Assembly: GCA_959608625.1 (NCBI GenBank)
Contig: CAUHQV010000001.1
Coordinates: forward strand, 39,783 to 103,782
Direction: 5' to 3'
Length of the DNA: 64,000 nucleotides
Source: an uncultured Flavobacteriales bacterium
GTDB taxonomy: Bacteria; Bacteroidota; Bacteroidia; Flavobacteriales; UBA1820
Made by a program: the position numbers and the translations under genes. The notes beneath the pieces were generated by a model that saw nothing but the letters and a program-made list of their open reading frames with translations, was not told the origin of the DNA and made no database searches. Shown here piece by piece: positions 61,892-64,000 of this stretch (position 1 is its first letter; each line of letters starts with the position of its first letter).

Positions 61892-62944
61892 TTATTTCTT
61901 CCGGGGAGCATCGGGCCTCCCTTGTCCCGGGCGCTGCGCGTTCGCATCGCCCGGCCGTTTACCGGGCCCGGAAATACGGACGGTATCCGCCTTCATCATC
62001 ATGGAACGGGAGCGGTCGCCGTGTGACATCGCATCTTTGGCGAATTTGAGATCGGCCTTGTACAGTTTTACCAACTGCTCGTCATTAAGGGTTTTGCCAA
62101 GGGCTTTATACATCTCGTACCGCTTTTGCTCGATGGTGATGTTGTTTTTCAGGATGGGCTCCAGAGCATCCTGCCAGCCCGTCTTTTTGAGTAAAGCGCT
62201 GTTTTCCTTGCGCAAGTCTTCGATCTGTTTATTGTACGAGTCGTACGTTTTTTCGAATGCCTCTTTCTGGTCGTCTTTCAGGCCGATGGCGCGTGTGAGA
62301 TATTGCATGCGCATCCGATCCATGGACTTTTTCATGGCGGGAGTCCCCTTGGTAAGTATGATCACGCCGTTGCGGGCCTTTTCCCCGTATTTCTTCACCG
62401 CTTCATCCGTTTTGAGGATAGAGATGGAGCTGATGTTGTCCCGGTCGACGGACTCGATGGAAGGCACTTCTTTCCCGTCGTAAATAACCAGGGGTTGCAT
62501 GGCTTTGCGAGCCTCGAAAACGGATTTTTGGGCTTTTACCAAAGCGTTCTGAACTTGCTTGGAATCCATGTTTTGTTTGAATTCCTCCTGAACCTTTTTA
62601 AGTTGCGCTTCCGCATCTTTGAGAGCCTGAAGATTTTTGGTATCGATCATTTTCGTTCCGTGGTCTGTTCCGCGCTTTACCATCTGCTCTTTCTGGTAAG
62701 TCACCAGGGCTTTCTGGGCGGCGATGAATTTATCGGCCGCTTCTTTCGAGTCGGGGGCCTCCATCAGGGCTTTTTGAGCTTTCGCCACATTGCTGCGCAG
62801 TTCTTTTTCTTTGCTGTCGCTCTGCGACATGCTCATACGCATTTGGCCGGAAGACGATTTGCCTATCGTCATCTGGGTCGTATTCTGCGCTGCAAGCCCC
62901 AGGGAGAGACACAGTGCGAGAGTGAGTAACATGTATTTTTTCAT
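61892..62944 (-). CDS. Secreted helical protein with central plug-like beta motif (third gene of the ECF operon)
   Basis: 350 aa. Signal peptide MKKYMLLTLALCLSLGLAAQ. Long Lys/Gln/Glu-rich helices with LxxxQ-type repeats. Central LVIYDGKEVPSIESVDRDNISSISILKTDEAVKKYGEKARNGVIILTKG. Pro/Gly/Arg tail. Confidence 0.7.
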   Translation of the reverse strand: MKKYMLLTLALCLSLGLAAQNTTQMTIGKSSSGQMRMSMSQSDSKEKELRSNVAKAQKALMEAPDSKEAADKFIAAQKALVTYQKEQMVKRGTDHGTKMIDTKNLQALKDAEAQLKKVQEEFKQNMDSKQVQNALVKAQKSVFEARKAMQPLVIYDGKEVPSIESVDRDNISSISILKTDEAVKKYGEKARNGVIILTKGTPAMKKSMDRMRMQYLTRAIGLKDDQKEAFEKTYDSYNKQIEDLRKENSALLKKTGWQDALEPILKNNITIEQKRYEMYKALGKTLNDEQLVKLYKADLKFAKDAMSHGDRSRSMMMKADTVRISGPGKRPGDANAQRPGQGRPDAPRKK

Positions 62945-62984
62945 CTTTTTTCTTTTTTAAAGGGTTTGAAAACATTTTCATGCA

Positions 62985-63461
62985 TCAGAGAGTGGCCAGC
63001 TCCATGATGTTGTAATTGTCGGTAATGTACTGTTCTATAGCAGTTTGGTCGGTGGCATACAGGTTGTTTTGATCCGTGTATATCACTTCCATGTCGTGGG
63101 TGGTTATCAGGTCGGTCAAAAGTTCGGAGGGTACGTCCAGCGAGCCTTCGGGGTGCGTATATCCGCCTGAAATAACATCGATGTATTCGTTGATAAAGTC
63201 CTGTGCCTGCTGTCCGGTCATCACCAGGGCGGTGTCCGCAGGGGCGGTGTGGAAGAAGAAATTGGCGCCCAGTGCCAAAGCGGATACGACGGCCGCCGCG
63301 GCCGACCAGCGGACAATGCGCATACGTATCGTCCGTCCGCGGTGGCCACTGCCTGCTGCGATGCGTGCTTCCACGCGTTTTTCAAGCCCTTCGAAGTAGC
63401 CTTCGGGGATATTGAATTCAGGTTCTTTTATTTCGTTTAAATTTTCCATTTTTTTCTTCAT
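62985..63461 (-). CDS. Single-pass membrane protein, probable anti-sigma factor
   Basis: 158 aa. Starts 3 nt after the sigma-factor stop. One TM (WSAAAAVVSALALGANFFF). Confidence 0.6.
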   Translation of the reverse strand: MKKKMENLNEIKEPEFNIPEGYFEGLEKRVEARIAAGSGHRGRTIRMRIVRWSAAAAVVSALALGANFFFHTAPADTALVMTGQQAQDFINEYIDVISGGYTHPEGSLDVPSELLTDLITTHDMEVIYTDQNNLYATDQTAIEQYITDNYNIMELATL

Positions 63462-63463
63462 TT

Positions 63464-63988
63464 TTAAGCCTGGCCGGCATTTTCCCGGAGGTAAGCCCGT
63501 ATTTTTTCCAGCGCTATGTGGTACGAGGCCTTTAACGCCCCTTCCGAAGTGCCCAGCACTTCGCTTATTTCCCGGTATTTCAGCCCTTCGAAATGCTTCA
63601 TCGTGAATACCGTCTGCTGCGCTTTGGGCAGCGAGTGGATGGCTTTCAGCGTCAGAGCCCCCATTCGTTCCGTTTGTCCGGAAAGGTCTTCGGCTGGAGT
63701 TTCATCCGCCAGTTCCACCTCGTCCAGGGGCACATGCGCCCGCCGCGCTTTTTCCGAAAGGAAGGACATCGTCTCGTTGGTGGCTATTCGGTACAGCCAG
63801 GAAGACAATGCCACGCTTTGTTTCAACGAACCGATATTTTCCCATGCCTTTACCAGGGTGTTCTGGAGTACGTCGTCCGTATCGTCATGGTTTACCAGCA
63901 TCCGGCGGATATACAGGTACAGTCGCCGGGAATACTTGCCCATGAGCATTCTGAAAGCCTTTTCGCGATCACTGCCGAACATTTCCAC
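63464..63988 (-). CDS. ECF-type RNA polymerase sigma-70 factor
   Basis: Region 2 DDVLQNTLVKAWENI and WLYRIATNE. Region 4 FEGLKYREISEVLGTSEGALKASYHIALEKIR. The frame stays open to the window end, so the true start may lie beyond 64000. Confidence 0.9.
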   Translation of the reverse strand: MEMFGSDREKAFRMLMGKYSRRLYLYIRRMLVNHDDTDDVLQNTLVKAWENIGSLKQSVALSSWLYRIATNETMSFLSEKARRAHVPLDEVELADETPAEDLSGQTERMGALTLKAIHSLPKAQQTVFTMKHFEGLKYREISEVLGTSEGALKASYHIALEKIRAYLRENAGQA

Positions 63989-64000
63989 TATATCCCCGTC

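Noticed and set aside
1-64000. CRISPR arrays, rRNA genes, IS elements, toxin-antitoxin pairs and recognisable defence systems (restriction-modification, Abi, CBASS-type).
   Set aside because: I saw no regularly spaced direct repeats, no 16S/23S/5S-like sequence, and no transposase, nuclease-methylase or cyclase-effector gene pairs among the ORFs on either strand.

Overview
This 64 kb window looks like a chromosomal segment of a Bacteroidota (Bacteroidales-like) genome. The evidence for that placement is gene content: bamD followed by an omega-like rpoZ, DUF4492-cydAB, a PCMD lipoprotein, DUF4271-hemD, a GH3-family protein and a histone-H1-like mini-gene. The Bacteroidetes -7 promoter motif TAnnTTTG also recurs upstream of many genes. 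I call about 60 protein genes and one tRNA-Gln(CTG). I also mark several clear rho-independent terminators and a set of candidate promoters. I saw no rRNA, CRISPR array, transposase, integrase or IS element. Most genes are housekeeping: lysA, tgt, smpB, nth, purD, nhaA, trxA, guaA, rnhA, rnpA, nrdJ, cydAB, menF, bioD and hemD. There is a scattered oxygen/ROS-tolerance theme (flavodiiron FprA, a thioredoxin-fold lipoprotein, a reverse rubrerythrin-trxA operon, cytochrome bd). The least ordinary part is the segment after tRNA-Gln (about 23.0-29.8 kb). It holds a large SLBB/Wza-like exporter, a Wzz-like protein, a POTRA-less Omp85-family barrel, and an orphan 503-aa coiled-coil membrane protein that resembles a phage tape-measure protein. 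No other phage genes or polysaccharide-synthesis genes are nearby. Other points worth checking include a tightly coupled eamA-eamA-bioD operon, which may move a biotin precursor. A 180-bp tract of about 16 percent GC lies between rnpA and nrdJ. A hemerythrin-like/LuxR pair sits next to hemD, and an ECF sigma operon encodes an unusual periplasmic protein. The endonuclease III homolog has no cysteine, one LytM factor is degenerate, and one GNAT gene looks internally deleted. All functional calls come from motif and family recognition by eye. No database search was run, so family names are recollection-based hypotheses. Many track ORFs are antisense shadow ORFs or carry false N-terminal extensions, and I trimmed the starts accordingly.
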